A stretch of DNA of 63,930 nt, the filler included, from an uncultured Myxococcia bacterium (GTDB lineage Bacteria; CAZTWC01), in the NCBI GenBank assembly GCA_964617105.1. It is 5 parts of 5 records of this genome, joined end to end, with 100 filler letters (N's around TTAATTAATTAA, not from the genome) between each part and the next. Parts side by side here need not be neighbours in the genome. Positions count along the whole stretch, not along the records: positions 39,124 to 51,823 come from CAZTWC010000088.1; positions 51,924 to 63,930 come from CAZTWC010000098.1; 3 more parts are not named here. One strand, 5' to 3'. This document shows, piece by piece, positions 48,815 through 58,060 of this stretch. Under the pieces are notes generated by a model. It worked only from the letters and a program-made list of their open reading frames with translations, was not told where the DNA came from and ran no database searches. Both the position numbers and the translations under genes were made by a program. The first letter of the stretch is position 1. Every line of letters starts with the position of its first letter.

Positions 48815-49425
48815 TGCTGGTTATCGGTCTTACCGGAGGAATTGCCTGCGGCAAATCCACAGTGGCGCGTATATTTGAGGAGCACTCCATTCCAGTTTTG
48901 GATGCGGATGCGGTTTCGAGAAACATCCTGGACCGGGGAAAACCTGGCTACCAGCTGGTAAAAAAGTTGTTCAGCCCAAAAGTTCTTGGCCCGGATGATC
49001 AAATAGACCGGAACGCTCTGGCGGAAATAGTTTTTCAAAACCAGGATATGCGCCGCCGCCTGGAAGAGATTACCCTGCCGCTGATACGGGCAGAGATCGA
49101 TCAATTTATCCAAAAGCACCGGCAGGAAAACCGCCAGGCAGTGGCAGTGGAAGCGGCCATGATAATCGAAAACCAGAGGCAAAATTTTTACTCCCTTTTG
49201 GTGGTAGTGGGAGCCAGTCAAAAAGAGCAGATTAAGAGATTGCAGCAGCGAAACGGCTTGAGTTTAGAGAAAGCCCAGGCCAGGATCAAGGCCCAAATGC
49301 CCCTGGCCGAAAAACAAAAGGTTGCTGATCATTACATAGATAACAGCAGTTCCCGGGAAAAAACCCGGAAAGATACGGAAATAATTTTATCCGCCTTAAA
49401 AAAAAGTTTGAGAAAGTCTGATTAA
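48814..49425 (+). CDS. coaE: Dephospho-CoA kinase
   Basis: GLTGGIACGKSTV, DAD, IDR, RIKAQM, IDN. Confidence 0.95.
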   Translation: MLVIGLTGGIACGKSTVARIFEEHSIPVLDADAVSRNILDRGKPGYQLVKKLFSPKVLGPDDQIDRNALAEIVFQNQDMRRRLEEITLPLIRAEIDQFIQKHRQENRQAVAVEAAMIIENQRQNFYSLLVVVGASQKEQIKRLQQRNGLSLEKAQARIKAQMPLAEKQKVADHYIDNSSSREKTRKDTEIILSALKKSLRKSD

Positions 49426-49446
49426 CTCCCTGGTTGGAGATAATCT

Positions 49447-50055
49447 TTATTTCTTCTTCTTCCCCTTGCGAGCAGTTTTTACTTTTGCTATCTCAGTTTC
49501 CGGCTTGTCTGGTTTATCTTCCTTTTTAGCCTTCTTAGAGATCTTTTTAGTCGTTTTTATGCTGCTCTCTATTTTTAAGGCTTTACCAATAGAATCGTTG
49601 ATGGCCTGAAAACATTTCTGGCAGTAGTGGACCCACTTTTTCTCTTGCTCAGCGTATTTAAAAATAGCGTCCACCACTGGATTGAAGCCCTCCTTGTGTG
49701 CTCCGTACCCAACATCTTCCACCATTTGCAGCCGCTCCTCTTCCGGCAACAAAAACTCCTCCCCTTCACCCTCCTTGTTGTAAAGAGAATACACCGTGTC
49801 GATCTCTCTCTTTCCGCACCGGTCGCAATCGATAACTATCCTTCGCATAACTTTGTCTCCTATCTCCTCGTAATTATAATAGATTTTAGGCGAAATATCC
49901 TTTTGGCTGAAAAAATTCCAAAAACTGGCGCAAAAGTTAGGTTCGCGGCAGTTGTGCATACAAGCTACCACCATCTTCATGTAGCGTCCCCTGCACATGA
50001 TATAATCCCTGGGCAAGGGGAACTTTTGATTATTTTTTTCCTCTTCGTCAGCCAT
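49447..50055 (-). CDS. Hypothetical Cys-rich protein with Lys-rich tail
   Basis: 202 aa; C..CMHNC....C, CDRC, CQKC; basic C-terminus. Confidence 0.7.
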   Translation of the reverse strand: MADEEEKNNQKFPLPRDYIMCRGRYMKMVVACMHNCREPNFCASFWNFFSQKDISPKIYYNYEEIGDKVMRRIVIDCDRCGKREIDTVYSLYNKEGEGEEFLLPEEERLQMVEDVGYGAHKEGFNPVVDAIFKYAEQEKKWVHYCQKCFQAINDSIGKALKIESSIKTTKKISKKAKKEDKPDKPETEIAKVKTARKGKKKK

Positions 50056-50187
50056 AAATCCAGAAAAAATTTCAAAGGTTGAAAATTAGCGTAAATTATT
50101 TATAGCAAATATTTGTTTAATGAAAGTTTATTGAATTATCACATTCTAACAGAGATAACATAATTGAACCAGTGTCCATCTGATAAT

Positions 50188-51438
50188 TTATGATGATATG
50201 CGTTTAATTCTTTCTAAGAGGGTTGGATGACTGTAATGGAAAAAACTGTATAGAGGATGGGGGAAGATATTGCTCAGGTTCTCCCGGGCCAATTTTACCA
50301 GGGCAGATGCCATGGCTTCCGATTGATTCAACAACTTCACTGCATAACGGTCTGCCTGATACTCGTAGCGCCGCGACAGAGAATTAAACAGCGGAGATAA
50401 CCAGAACATAAATGATGGAATAGTCAGAGAGAGTAATACCATGGCAGCGTGAAGGGAATTATGCTCAAAACCAAAGGCCTTAAAAAAATCAGGCCAATTA
50501 AGAATTTTATCTATCAGGAAAAAGGAGACCCCCATCTGAAAAAAACTCAGAATTATCTGGTTTCTGATATGCTTTTTTTTGAAATGCCCCAACTCGTGGG
50601 CCAACACATTTAAAATCTCCTGCTGGTCTAACTGCTTTAACAAAGTATCGAAAAGCACTATTCGTTTACTGCGGCCAAAGCCGGTAAAGTAAGCGTTGGA
50701 GTGGGAACTGCGCCTGGAGCCGTCCATCAAAAAAACACCTTTGGATTTAAACCCCGCCTGTTTGGCCAATTTCTCCACCTCCTCTTTTAAATGTTCATCT
50801 TCAAGAGGAGTAAATTTGTTGAACAGAGGAGCTATCAAGGTGGGCCAAAGCCAGAGCATCAACACCTGGAATAGGACAATCAGAGCCCATCCTCCCAGCC
50901 ACCAATTTGAGCCAAGAATCTCTACCAGCCAAAACAAAAGTCGCATCAGAGGAGCACCGATAGCGATTGAGAGCAAAAGCGATTTGACCAAATCCAGGAC
51001 AAAAATAGAGGGGGTGGTCTGGTTGAATCCGTGACGCTCTTCCAACCAAAAAGTGCCATAAATATTAAAGGGAAGGGAAAAAACGGTAAAAATCATGGAA
51101 ACGGCAATACAGTAAAATACTCCGCTCCACCCGTCGGGAGACGCCTGGTTCCAAAAAACCAGATCCAGGGAATTTAATAGTCCGCTGGCCAATAAAACCA
51201 CCAGAAAAATTGTAGAAAAAAGGCGGCTAACCAGGGAAAATTTTTCCTTGGCTATGGTGTAAACCGCCATTTTTTCCAATATATCGGCCTCAACCTGCCC
51301 TTTTAACATGTGGGGTACAGGATCCCCTTTTTTACTATTTTTTTGGGTATGTTTGAGATTGAGAATATCCAGAAAAGAATCCCAGGTCCAGTGAACCAGG
51401 ATGGCTAAAATAACTATGGCAAAAATCGTTTCACTCAC
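50188..51438 (-). CDS. M48 (Ste24-type) membrane metallopeptidase
   Basis: IAPLFNKF, DGSRRSSHSNAYFTG, RIVLFDTL, HELGH, EYQAD, YSHP. Confidence 0.95.
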   Translation of the reverse strand: MSETIFAIVILAILVHWTWDSFLDILNLKHTQKNSKKGDPVPHMLKGQVEADILEKMAVYTIAKEKFSLVSRLFSTIFLVVLLASGLLNSLDLVFWNQASPDGWSGVFYCIAVSMIFTVFSLPFNIYGTFWLEERHGFNQTTPSIFVLDLVKSLLLSIAIGAPLMRLLFWLVEILGSNWWLGGWALIVLFQVLMLWLWPTLIAPLFNKFTPLEDEHLKEEVEKLAKQAGFKSKGVFLMDGSRRSSHSNAYFTGFGRSKRIVLFDTLLKQLDQQEILNVLAHELGHFKKKHIRNQIILSFFQMGVSFFLIDKILNWPDFFKAFGFEHNSLHAAMVLLSLTIPSFMFWLSPLFNSLSRRYEYQADRYAVKLLNQSEAMASALVKLARENLSNIFPHPLYSFFHYSHPTLLERIKRISS

Positions 51439-51526
51439 TTCCTGAGCACCTCACCTGTTTATTACCCATCTGGGAATTCACTGGATAACCAAATCTCACT
51501 CCGGTAGTTGCCGTCCGGGAATCAAC

Positions 51527-51823
51527 TTAGATTCTGGCGCCGCCAGTAGGTTCAACCACTACGCCGGTTACCAGGTCACATTCCGCCAAATATACCGCAG
51601 TCTGAGCGATCTCTTCCGGCCGGCCCAACCTGCCGATGGGGATCTGTTTTTCCCATTTTTCCAGGGCTTCTGGTTTCATATCTTTTATAACCATGGGAGT
51701 AGCGATAAAACCAGGTGCGATACCAGCTACCCTGATCTTGTACCGGCTCAATTCCTTGGACCAAACTACCGTCATGGAAGCCACCCCCGCTTTGGCGGCT
51801 GAGTAGTTGGTCTGTCCAAAATT
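51527..51823 (-). CDS. SDR family oxidoreductase (FabG-like), C-terminal fragment
   Basis: Hand-extended [13 protein letters not shown] (YxxxK), IAPGFI, PIGRLG. Confidence 0.88.
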   Translation of the reverse strand, partial: NFGQTNYSAAKAGVASMTVVWSKELSRYKIRVAGIAPGFIATPMVIKDMKPEALEKWEKQIPIGRLGRPEEIAQTAVYLAECDLVTGVVVEPTGGARI

Positions 51824-51923
51824 NNNNNNNNNNNNNNNNNNNNNNNNNNNNNNNNNNNNNNNNNNNNTTAATTAATTAANNNNNNNNNNNNNNNNNNNNN
51901 NNNNNNNNNNNNNNNNNNNNNNN
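51824..51923. other. Artificial contig linker
   Basis: 44 N + TTAATTAATTAA + 44 N. Confidence 0.98.
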
Positions 51924-51931
51924 ATCTACAC

Positions 51932-52357
51932 TTGAGTAACGAGGAAAACAAAGTCAACCGGGGCAACATAGGTAACAGTTTTTTACTGGTAATTTTAATC
52001 ACCCTGGTTAGCAGTTTACTGGTGGTAATAACTCCTGTTTTTGTTCTTCTTGGTCGACAAATATCAATGTCAGCATTACACGGTTTGTTGCTGGCAACCA
52101 TGGGAGCGCTCATTTGGTTCTTTATGGCTAAATGGGGGTTTAAGGGATCGAACAAATCATTTATGATTTCGATCTTCGGGGGGATGCTAATCAGGTTGGT
52201 GGTTTTTGGTCTGGTAATTTTGATACTAGTAAAAATTTACCAAATTCACCTGGCCGGTTTTTTAGTTAGCCTGTTTGTTTATTTTGTTTTTTTTCAACTA
52301 ATTGAAATAAGGTATATAATAAAAGCCAATGTCAGCACAAGCACACAAAAACTCTGA
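51932..52357 (+). CDS. atpI: ATP synthase protein I-like (4 TM)
   Basis: Four TM helices, GGMLIRL; overlaps atpB start; start uncertain at contig edge. Confidence 0.7.
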   Translation: MSNEENKVNRGNIGNSFLLVILITLVSSLLVVITPVFVLLGRQISMSALHGLLLATMGALIWFFMAKWGFKGSNKSFMISIFGGMLIRLVVFGLVILILVKIYQIHLAGFLVSLFVYFVFFQLIEIRYIIKANVSTSTQKL

Positions 52358-53144
52358 AAATCAATTAGACCTAATCCATCATATCACCGATTCTCACTCC
52401 ATTGAGATTCCATTTTCCGATCAGGTGATACATCTTCCTCATCTGCAGATAGGAGGCTTGGATCTATCCATAACCAAACACTTAGTTATGATGTGGATAG
52501 TGGTTTTTTTATTACTGGTACTGATCCCCTGGGCAGTAAAAAGGCGCAAGATGATCCCTTCCGGTTTTTCCACTTTGGTGGAAATGGTTCTGCTGTTCAT
52601 ACGGGACGAAATCGCCATTAAAAACATGGGCAAAGAAGCGGGACGAAAATACCTTCCCTTTTTAACCACGATTTTCTTCTTTATCCTTTTTTGCAACCTG
52701 CTGGGGCTAATCCCCTTTATGGCCACTGCCACCGGTAATATCAGCGTCACAGCGGCCCTGGCCTTAATGGCCTTTTTTATGATCCAATTTTCGGGTATCC
52801 GCAAGCATGGCTTTGCCAATCATGTCAAACACCTGATACCACCAGGCCTCCCTTTTGGCTTTGTAATGATTCCGCTGATGGCGGTGGTTGAAACCATGGG
52901 CGTTTTAGCCAAACCCTTTGCACTGTGTGTTCGTCTTTTCGCTAATATGGTAGCCGGCCATGTAGTAATACTCTCTCTTTTAGGTCTAATTTTTATTTTC
53001 AAGAGCGTTCTGGTAGCACCGGTTTCGGTTGCTTTCGCGCTCTTTATATATCTGTTAGAGATCTTTGTATCTCTGTTGCAGGCTTATATTTTTACGATTC
53101 TAACTGCCCTTTTTATGGGGGCTTCAATAAATCCGGAGCATTAA
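52329..53144 (+). CDS. atpB: ATP synthase Fo subunit a
   Basis: HHITDSH, NLLGLIP, ATGNI, KPFALCVRLFANMVAGH, LQAYIF. Confidence 0.97.
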   Translation: MSAQAHKNSENQLDLIHHITDSHSIEIPFSDQVIHLPHLQIGGLDLSITKHLVMMWIVVFLLLVLIPWAVKRRKMIPSGFSTLVEMVLLFIRDEIAIKNMGKEAGRKYLPFLTTIFFFILFCNLLGLIPFMATATGNISVTAALALMAFFMIQFSGIRKHGFANHVKHLIPPGLPFGFVMIPLMAVVETMGVLAKPFALCVRLFANMVAGHVVILSLLGLIFIFKSVLVAPVSVAFALFIYLLEIFVSLLQAYIFTILTALFMGASINPEH

Positions 53145-53199
53145 TTTTAATATTAGTGGCATTTTTATTTGTTACTCAACTTTAAGGAGGTTAATTTCT

Positions 53200-53424
53200 A
53201 TGGATATCTCAATGGCACATTTAGGAGCAGGATTTGGAGCAGGACTAGTCGCAATCGGCGCTGGCATTGGAATCGGCCGGTTGGCAGGTGCTGCACTGGA
53301 AGGTACCGCTCGTCAACCCAAAATGTCGGGTGATATTAGAACAACCATGATTATCGCTGCTGCCTTAATAGAAGGTATCGCTCTGTTTGGCGAAGTTGTT
53401 TGCATGGTTCTGGCCCTTAAATAA
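53200..53424 (+). CDS. atpE: ATP synthase Fo subunit c
   Basis: GAGIGIG, ARQP, AALIEG. Confidence 0.97.
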   Translation: MDISMAHLGAGFGAGLVAIGAGIGIGRLAGAALEGTARQPKMSGDIRTTMIIAAALIEGIALFGEVVCMVLALK

Positions 53425-53444
53425 GTTTTTCGCAGGAGTTTTTT

Positions 53445-54005
53445 ATGACAGGCATACTTATTCAAGGTGCTGCCCACATCCACCAGGTTGCCACTGCCAG
53501 CAGTGGTTTGGTTGAAATAAAGCCCGGCCTGGCAATATGGACCATCGTCACCTTCCTGATCCTGCTGGTAATCCTTAAAAAACTAGCATGGAAACCTTTG
53601 ATAAAACTGATCAATGAACGCGAGCAGTTTATTAAAGACCAGATTGTAGAAGCTAAAGATCTTAGGCAAGATGCTGAAAAATCTCTGGAAGAAAGAAATA
53701 ACGAACTGGAAAAAGCCAGAGAAGAAGCGGTAACAATTATCTCCCAAAGTAAAAATACCGCTGAAAAGATCAAAGAAGATATGATCACCAAAGCCAAGGA
53801 AGAAACGCGGGAACTTATCGAAAAAGGGAAACAATCAATCGCCAGGGAGAGGCAGATCGCCTTAAACGAAATAAAAACACTGACAGTGGAACTAGCTATC
53901 AATGCTGCTGGAAAAATCGTCCAAGAAACCTTAGACGAGAAAAAGCACAAAAAAATGGTAACTGAATACCTGGATAGCCTGGAGAAAGATCTTTCAGTCC
54001 ACTAA
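53445..54005 (+). CDS. atpF: ATP synthase Fo subunit b
   Basis: PGLAIWT TM, AWKP...ERE, long coiled coil. Confidence 0.95.
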   Translation: MTGILIQGAAHIHQVATASSGLVEIKPGLAIWTIVTFLILLVILKKLAWKPLIKLINEREQFIKDQIVEAKDLRQDAEKSLEERNNELEKAREEAVTIISQSKNTAEKIKEDMITKAKEETRELIEKGKQSIARERQIALNEIKTLTVELAINAAGKIVQETLDEKKHKKMVTEYLDSLEKDLSVH

Positions 54006-54034
54006 TCAGACCCCAACTATTCACAATTCAATCT

Positions 54035-54072
54035 AAACTCCCCCGAAGACACTTCTAAGGGGGAGCTTTTTT
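54035..54072 (+). terminator. Rho-independent terminator after atpF
   Basis: CTCCCCC...GGGGGAG stem followed by CTTTTTT. Confidence 0.75.
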
Positions 54073-54084
54073 CTTAAATGTTAA

Positions 54085-54684
54085 ATGCAAACACAAACCA
54101 TTAGAACTTTCCTGGCAGTAGAAGTATCGGATGAGGTGAGAGAGATCTTATCGAAACTGGGCCGCGACTTTAATGGATTCTCCCCCGGACTTTCCAGGGC
54201 CGTGAGATTGGTGCAGCCTAAAAATGCCCATCTCACCCTTAAATTCCTGGGCGATACACCCCAAGAAAAAATCCAGGTGATAGCTCAAGACCTGAGAAAT
54301 AGACTAGCGACTTTCCCGACTTTTTCATACACCATACAGGGAACTGGAGTTTTTCCCAATCCAAAACGCCCCAGGATACTGTGGCTGGGAATTTCATCGG
54401 GAGGTAAATCACTGCAAAATTTACATCAGCAGGTGGAAAGAACTTTACAACCCTTTGGATTTGAGCCGGAAAACCGGACTTTCAAACCACACCTGACCGT
54501 GGGTAGGATAAAGTTGCAAAAATCAAAAAAAGGGAAAATAAATGATCTTAATCCAGGCTCTTTTCTCACCTGGTCCTTTGATAAAATTATTGTCCCGGTG
54601 AACAGGGTGATATTTTTTAAAAGTAAACTAAAGCCAGAAGGCGCCCAATACTATCAACTGCATGCTTTTGATTTGAAACTTTGA
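54085..54684 (+). CDS. thpR: RNA 2',3'-cyclic phosphodiesterase (2H family)
   Basis: RTFLA, HLTLKFLG, GVFP...PRILW, FKPHLTVGR, SKL..GAQY. Confidence 0.94.
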   Translation: MQTQTIRTFLAVEVSDEVREILSKLGRDFNGFSPGLSRAVRLVQPKNAHLTLKFLGDTPQEKIQVIAQDLRNRLATFPTFSYTIQGTGVFPNPKRPRILWLGISSGGKSLQNLHQQVERTLQPFGFEPENRTFKPHLTVGRIKLQKSKKGKINDLNPGSFLTWSFDKIIVPVNRVIFFKSKLKPEGAQYYQLHAFDLKL

Positions 54685-54854
54685 TCTTTTCGTTTATCGC
54701 CTAATTTAACCAACAAAACATGCATCTCTTCCAACCATGCCAATTTGTGACTAAAAGGGAGAGAAGACATTCGCATCATTTGCGCCTTTTTATGCCCCGG
54801 CCAACCTTTTTCCCATACCCTCTCAAATAATTTGCTCTTCTTCACTGCCTTCAT
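54654..54854 (-). CDS. Small hypothetical protein (66 aa), partner of nucleotidyltransferase
   Basis: Start overlaps the 3' end of the upstream gene, with a GGAG-like/GAG purine-rich stretch before ATG; W..GW.G...AQ...L....KL.WLEE pattern. Confidence 0.6.
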   Translation of the reverse strand: MKAVKKSKLFERVWEKGWPGHKKAQMMRMSSLPFSHKLAWLEEMHVLLVKLGDKRKDQSFKSKACS

Positions 54855-55344
54855 CTCTTATCTCTTGGAGTCGTTTGATATCTTCCAGGTCAATAGTACG
54901 CCCGGCTTTTAATTTCATGGTTACAATATCCTCAAAACTCACAGTCGGCATTTTAATATCTGGTTCAATATCAAAATACTCCGCCCGATTAAAGGCACTG
55001 TTAAAATCAAGGGGCGGGTCAATAAACAGATCGATTTCTGTAGCGGGATAATCTTTACTCCAGAGAGAAAAAACCTTCAAACCTTTCTCGTGTATCCACT
55101 TTGCCCGATTTTCCGGCAGAATAAATTGTTCTATTTCCACAGGAGCACGAGGTTTATATCCCATACTTTTAAAAGATTCCATTGCTCTGGACAAATTATC
55201 TTCTTCAAAATCCAATAATAGGTCAATGTCTGCGGTAAAACGCACGTACCCATGGGCTACTACCGCTAAACCACCAACCACCAGGTAGCGCACTTTTTTT
55301 TGGTTTAGGGTTTTGATAATTTTTATAATGCTATTTTTAGTCAT
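54823..55344 (-). CDS. Minimal nucleotidyltransferase-fold protein (DUF6036-like)
   Basis: YLVVGGLAVVAHGYVRFTADIDL, IDLF, MKLKAGR..DLED; TAATG coupling to leuS stop. Confidence 0.85.
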   Translation of the reverse strand: MTKNSIIKIIKTLNQKKVRYLVVGGLAVVAHGYVRFTADIDLLLDFEEDNLSRAMESFKSMGYKPRAPVEIEQFILPENRAKWIHEKGLKVFSLWSKDYPATEIDLFIDPPLDFNSAFNRAEYFDIEPDIKMPTVSFEDIVTMKLKAGRTIDLEDIKRLQEIRDEGSEEEQII

Positions 55345-57947
55345 TACTTAACCACCAGGTTTACCAGGCGATTAGGTACATAGATCTCCTTTATCACCTT
55401 TTTACCCTGCAGATGTTTTTGCACCCTCTCCTGCTGAAAGGCTAACTTAAAGGCATCTTCCTTTTGGATTCCCAGCACTGCATCTACAGTGCCTCTTAAT
55501 TTGCCATTAACCTGCACAGCCAGAGTAAAGGTGTCCTCTTTGGCCAACTGCTCATCGTACTGAGGCCATTTCTGGGTATAAAGGCGCTCTGGAAATCCGG
55601 CCCTCTGCCACAACTCTTCGCAAATATGTGGAGCAAAGGGGTTTAAAAGCAACAAAAAGGTGCTGGCATCCGTCTTTGATAAATGTTTCACCTCCACCAT
55701 TTTGCCCAAATAGACCATCAACTTGGATATAGCCACATTAAAGTGGAGATTTTCCAGGTCCTGACTTACTCCCTTTATGGTTTGGTGACGCAAGCGAACC
55801 AGTCCATCGCCATCAATTAAATTTTCCCGGTTTGACTCAATCAACCTCCAGGCCCGATGCAAAAACCGGTTTACCCCTTCTATTCCCTTGGTGTTCCATG
55901 GGCAAGATGATTCCAGAGGACCCAAAAACATCTCGTAGAGCCTGACCACATCGGCGCCATATCTTTCTACTAAATCATCAGGGTTGATCACGTTGCCCCG
56001 GGACTTGGACATCTTGTCGGTCAATATCTCTAACTCCAATTTTCCATCGTCTGGATGGAAGGCTTTCTCCACCTGCCAGTCCACCTGGTCGGAAGATATA
56101 TATTCTGCCTTCAGGGGGGTTTGGGAACCGGATAAAACGAACTTGTCCCGCTCAATCTCCTCTACTTGATTAAAGGAGTAAATTTTACCATCTTCTCCGC
56201 TGAAAAAGCGGTAACTGTATCCTAAAATCATCCCCTGGTTACGCAGTTTTTGAAAAGGTTCCGGCCAGGAAACTACTCCATGATCATATAAAAACATATG
56301 CCAAAACCGGGCATATAACAAGTGAAGCACCGCATGTTCAGCCCCGCCTATATAGAGGTCAACCGGTAAAAAACGTTTCTCTTTTTCCGGGTTTACCAAT
56401 TTATCTCCATTTTTTGGGTCCAAATAACGCAAGTAATACCAGCAGGAACCAGCCCATTGGGGCATAGTGTTGCTCTCTCGCTGTCCAGGTCCGCCGCAAT
56501 TGGGGCAGGTGGTATTGATCCACTCCTCGATAGCGGCCAGAGGAGATTCGCCGGTGCCGGTGGGTTCATACCGATCTACATTGGGCAGCAACAGGGGCAA
56601 CTGCTCCTCTGGCACCGGCACTACCCCGCATTTTTCACAGTGTACCAGTGGAATAGGTTCTCCCCAGTAACGCTGCCGGGAAAATATCCAGTCCCGTAGT
56701 TTGTAACGCACCCGGGCTTTTCCCTCTCCACGGGCCGCCAAATCAGTGGTGATGGCCTTTTTCATGGCCCCGGTTTCCATACCAGTGTATTTGCCAGAAT
56801 TCACCGCCTTACCATCACCTGCAAAGGCACACCCCGCAGGCAACTCTTCTTCTGAAGAGGGCTCTATAACCTGGATAATTGGCAATTGAAACTTAGTGGC
56901 AAACTCATAATCACGCTGATCGTGAGAAGGAACCGCCATAATTGCGCCGGTACCGTAAGACATGAGCACATAATCGGCAATCCAAACCGGTATCTCTTGC
57001 CCATTCACAGGGTTTATGGCATAACAGCCGGTGAATACACCGGTTTTATCTTTCTGTAATTCTGTGCGAAGCAAGTCACTCTTTTTAGCCGCTTCCTCCA
57101 CATAGGCCATCACCTTATTTTTTCTGTCCGCCGTAGTTATCTCCTCAACCAGGGGATGTTCCGGCGCCAGCACCATATAGGTGGCTCCAAATAGCGTGTC
57201 GGGCCTGGTTGTAAAAATTTCAACGATTTTTTCTACACCTTTGAGGGTAAAATTTACATCCGCCCCCTCTGACCGACCTATCCAATTTTTCTGCAAATTC
57301 TTGATCCCCTCGGGCCAATCCAAAGCCTCCAGTCCAGCCAATAGTCTTTCGGCATATTCGGTGATCTTTAAAATCCATTGGCGTAGATTTTTCCTATTTA
57401 CCGTGCTTCCACACCGCTCGCACAGGCCGCCCTTGACCTCTTCGTTGGCTAACCCGGTTTTGCAGGATGGGCAAAAATTGATTGGTACCGTATCTTCATA
57501 AGCCAACCCTTTTTTGAACAACTGTAAAAAAATCCACTGGGTCCAGCGATAATAATCGGGATCAGTGGTATCTATCTCCCGATCCCAATCGTAACTAAAG
57601 CCCACCGATTGAATCTGGCGTTTGATGTTGTCAATATTTTTCTGGGTAGTGGTGCTGGGGTGGATACCGGTTTTGATGGCATAATTCTCAGCCGGCAGGC
57701 CAAAAGCATCCCAGCCCATGGGATGGATCACGTTATAGCCCATCAACCGCTTATATCTGGCTACAATATCGGTGGCAGTATAGCCCTCCAGGTGCCCAAC
57801 ATGGAGCCCCTGGCCTGATGGATAGGGGTACATATCCAACACGTAATACTTGGGCCGTTGATCACTATCTTTACAGGAAAAGGCTTTATTTTCCTGCCAA
57901 ATTTTCTGCCATTTCTCTTCTACAACTCCAGGTTCATATTTTTCCAT
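55344..57947 (-). CDS. leuS: Leucine--tRNA ligase
   Basis: MYPYPSG, HVGH, FTTRPDT editing domain, SRQRYWG, KMSKS, VQVNGK. Confidence 0.98.
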   Translation of the reverse strand: MEKYEPGVVEEKWQKIWQENKAFSCKDSDQRPKYYVLDMYPYPSGQGLHVGHLEGYTATDIVARYKRLMGYNVIHPMGWDAFGLPAENYAIKTGIHPSTTTQKNIDNIKRQIQSVGFSYDWDREIDTTDPDYYRWTQWIFLQLFKKGLAYEDTVPINFCPSCKTGLANEEVKGGLCERCGSTVNRKNLRQWILKITEYAERLLAGLEALDWPEGIKNLQKNWIGRSEGADVNFTLKGVEKIVEIFTTRPDTLFGATYMVLAPEHPLVEEITTADRKNKVMAYVEEAAKKSDLLRTELQKDKTGVFTGCYAINPVNGQEIPVWIADYVLMSYGTGAIMAVPSHDQRDYEFATKFQLPIIQVIEPSSEEELPAGCAFAGDGKAVNSGKYTGMETGAMKKAITTDLAARGEGKARVRYKLRDWIFSRQRYWGEPIPLVHCEKCGVVPVPEEQLPLLLPNVDRYEPTGTGESPLAAIEEWINTTCPNCGGPGQRESNTMPQWAGSCWYYLRYLDPKNGDKLVNPEKEKRFLPVDLYIGGAEHAVLHLLYARFWHMFLYDHGVVSWPEPFQKLRNQGMILGYSYRFFSGEDGKIYSFNQVEEIERDKFVLSGSQTPLKAEYISSDQVDWQVEKAFHPDDGKLELEILTDKMSKSRGNVINPDDLVERYGADVVRLYEMFLGPLESSCPWNTKGIEGVNRFLHRAWRLIESNRENLIDGDGLVRLRHQTIKGVSQDLENLHFNVAISKLMVYLGKMVEVKHLSKTDASTFLLLLNPFAPHICEELWQRAGFPERLYTQKWPQYDEQLAKEDTFTLAVQVNGKLRGTVDAVLGIQKEDAFKLAFQQERVQKHLQGKKVIKEIYVPNRLVNLVVK

Positions 57948-58060
57948 GCCATCACCATTATCCCTTTGCCGGGTCGAATATCAGTCAATAAAAGGTGTCA
58001 TCGAGTTTATATCAGATAATCGACCCGTTGCCAAGAGTTGTAATGGGAGGGTTTAACTCC

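Noticed and set aside
53200..53424. Na+-translocating or N-type ATPase
   Set aside because: Subunit c lacks the Na+-binding Gln and ES/T signature, and gene order is not that of N-ATPase.
11866..54684. A single RNA-repair locus comprising archease, rtcB and thpR
   Set aside because: thpR is on a different contig; no linkage can be inferred.
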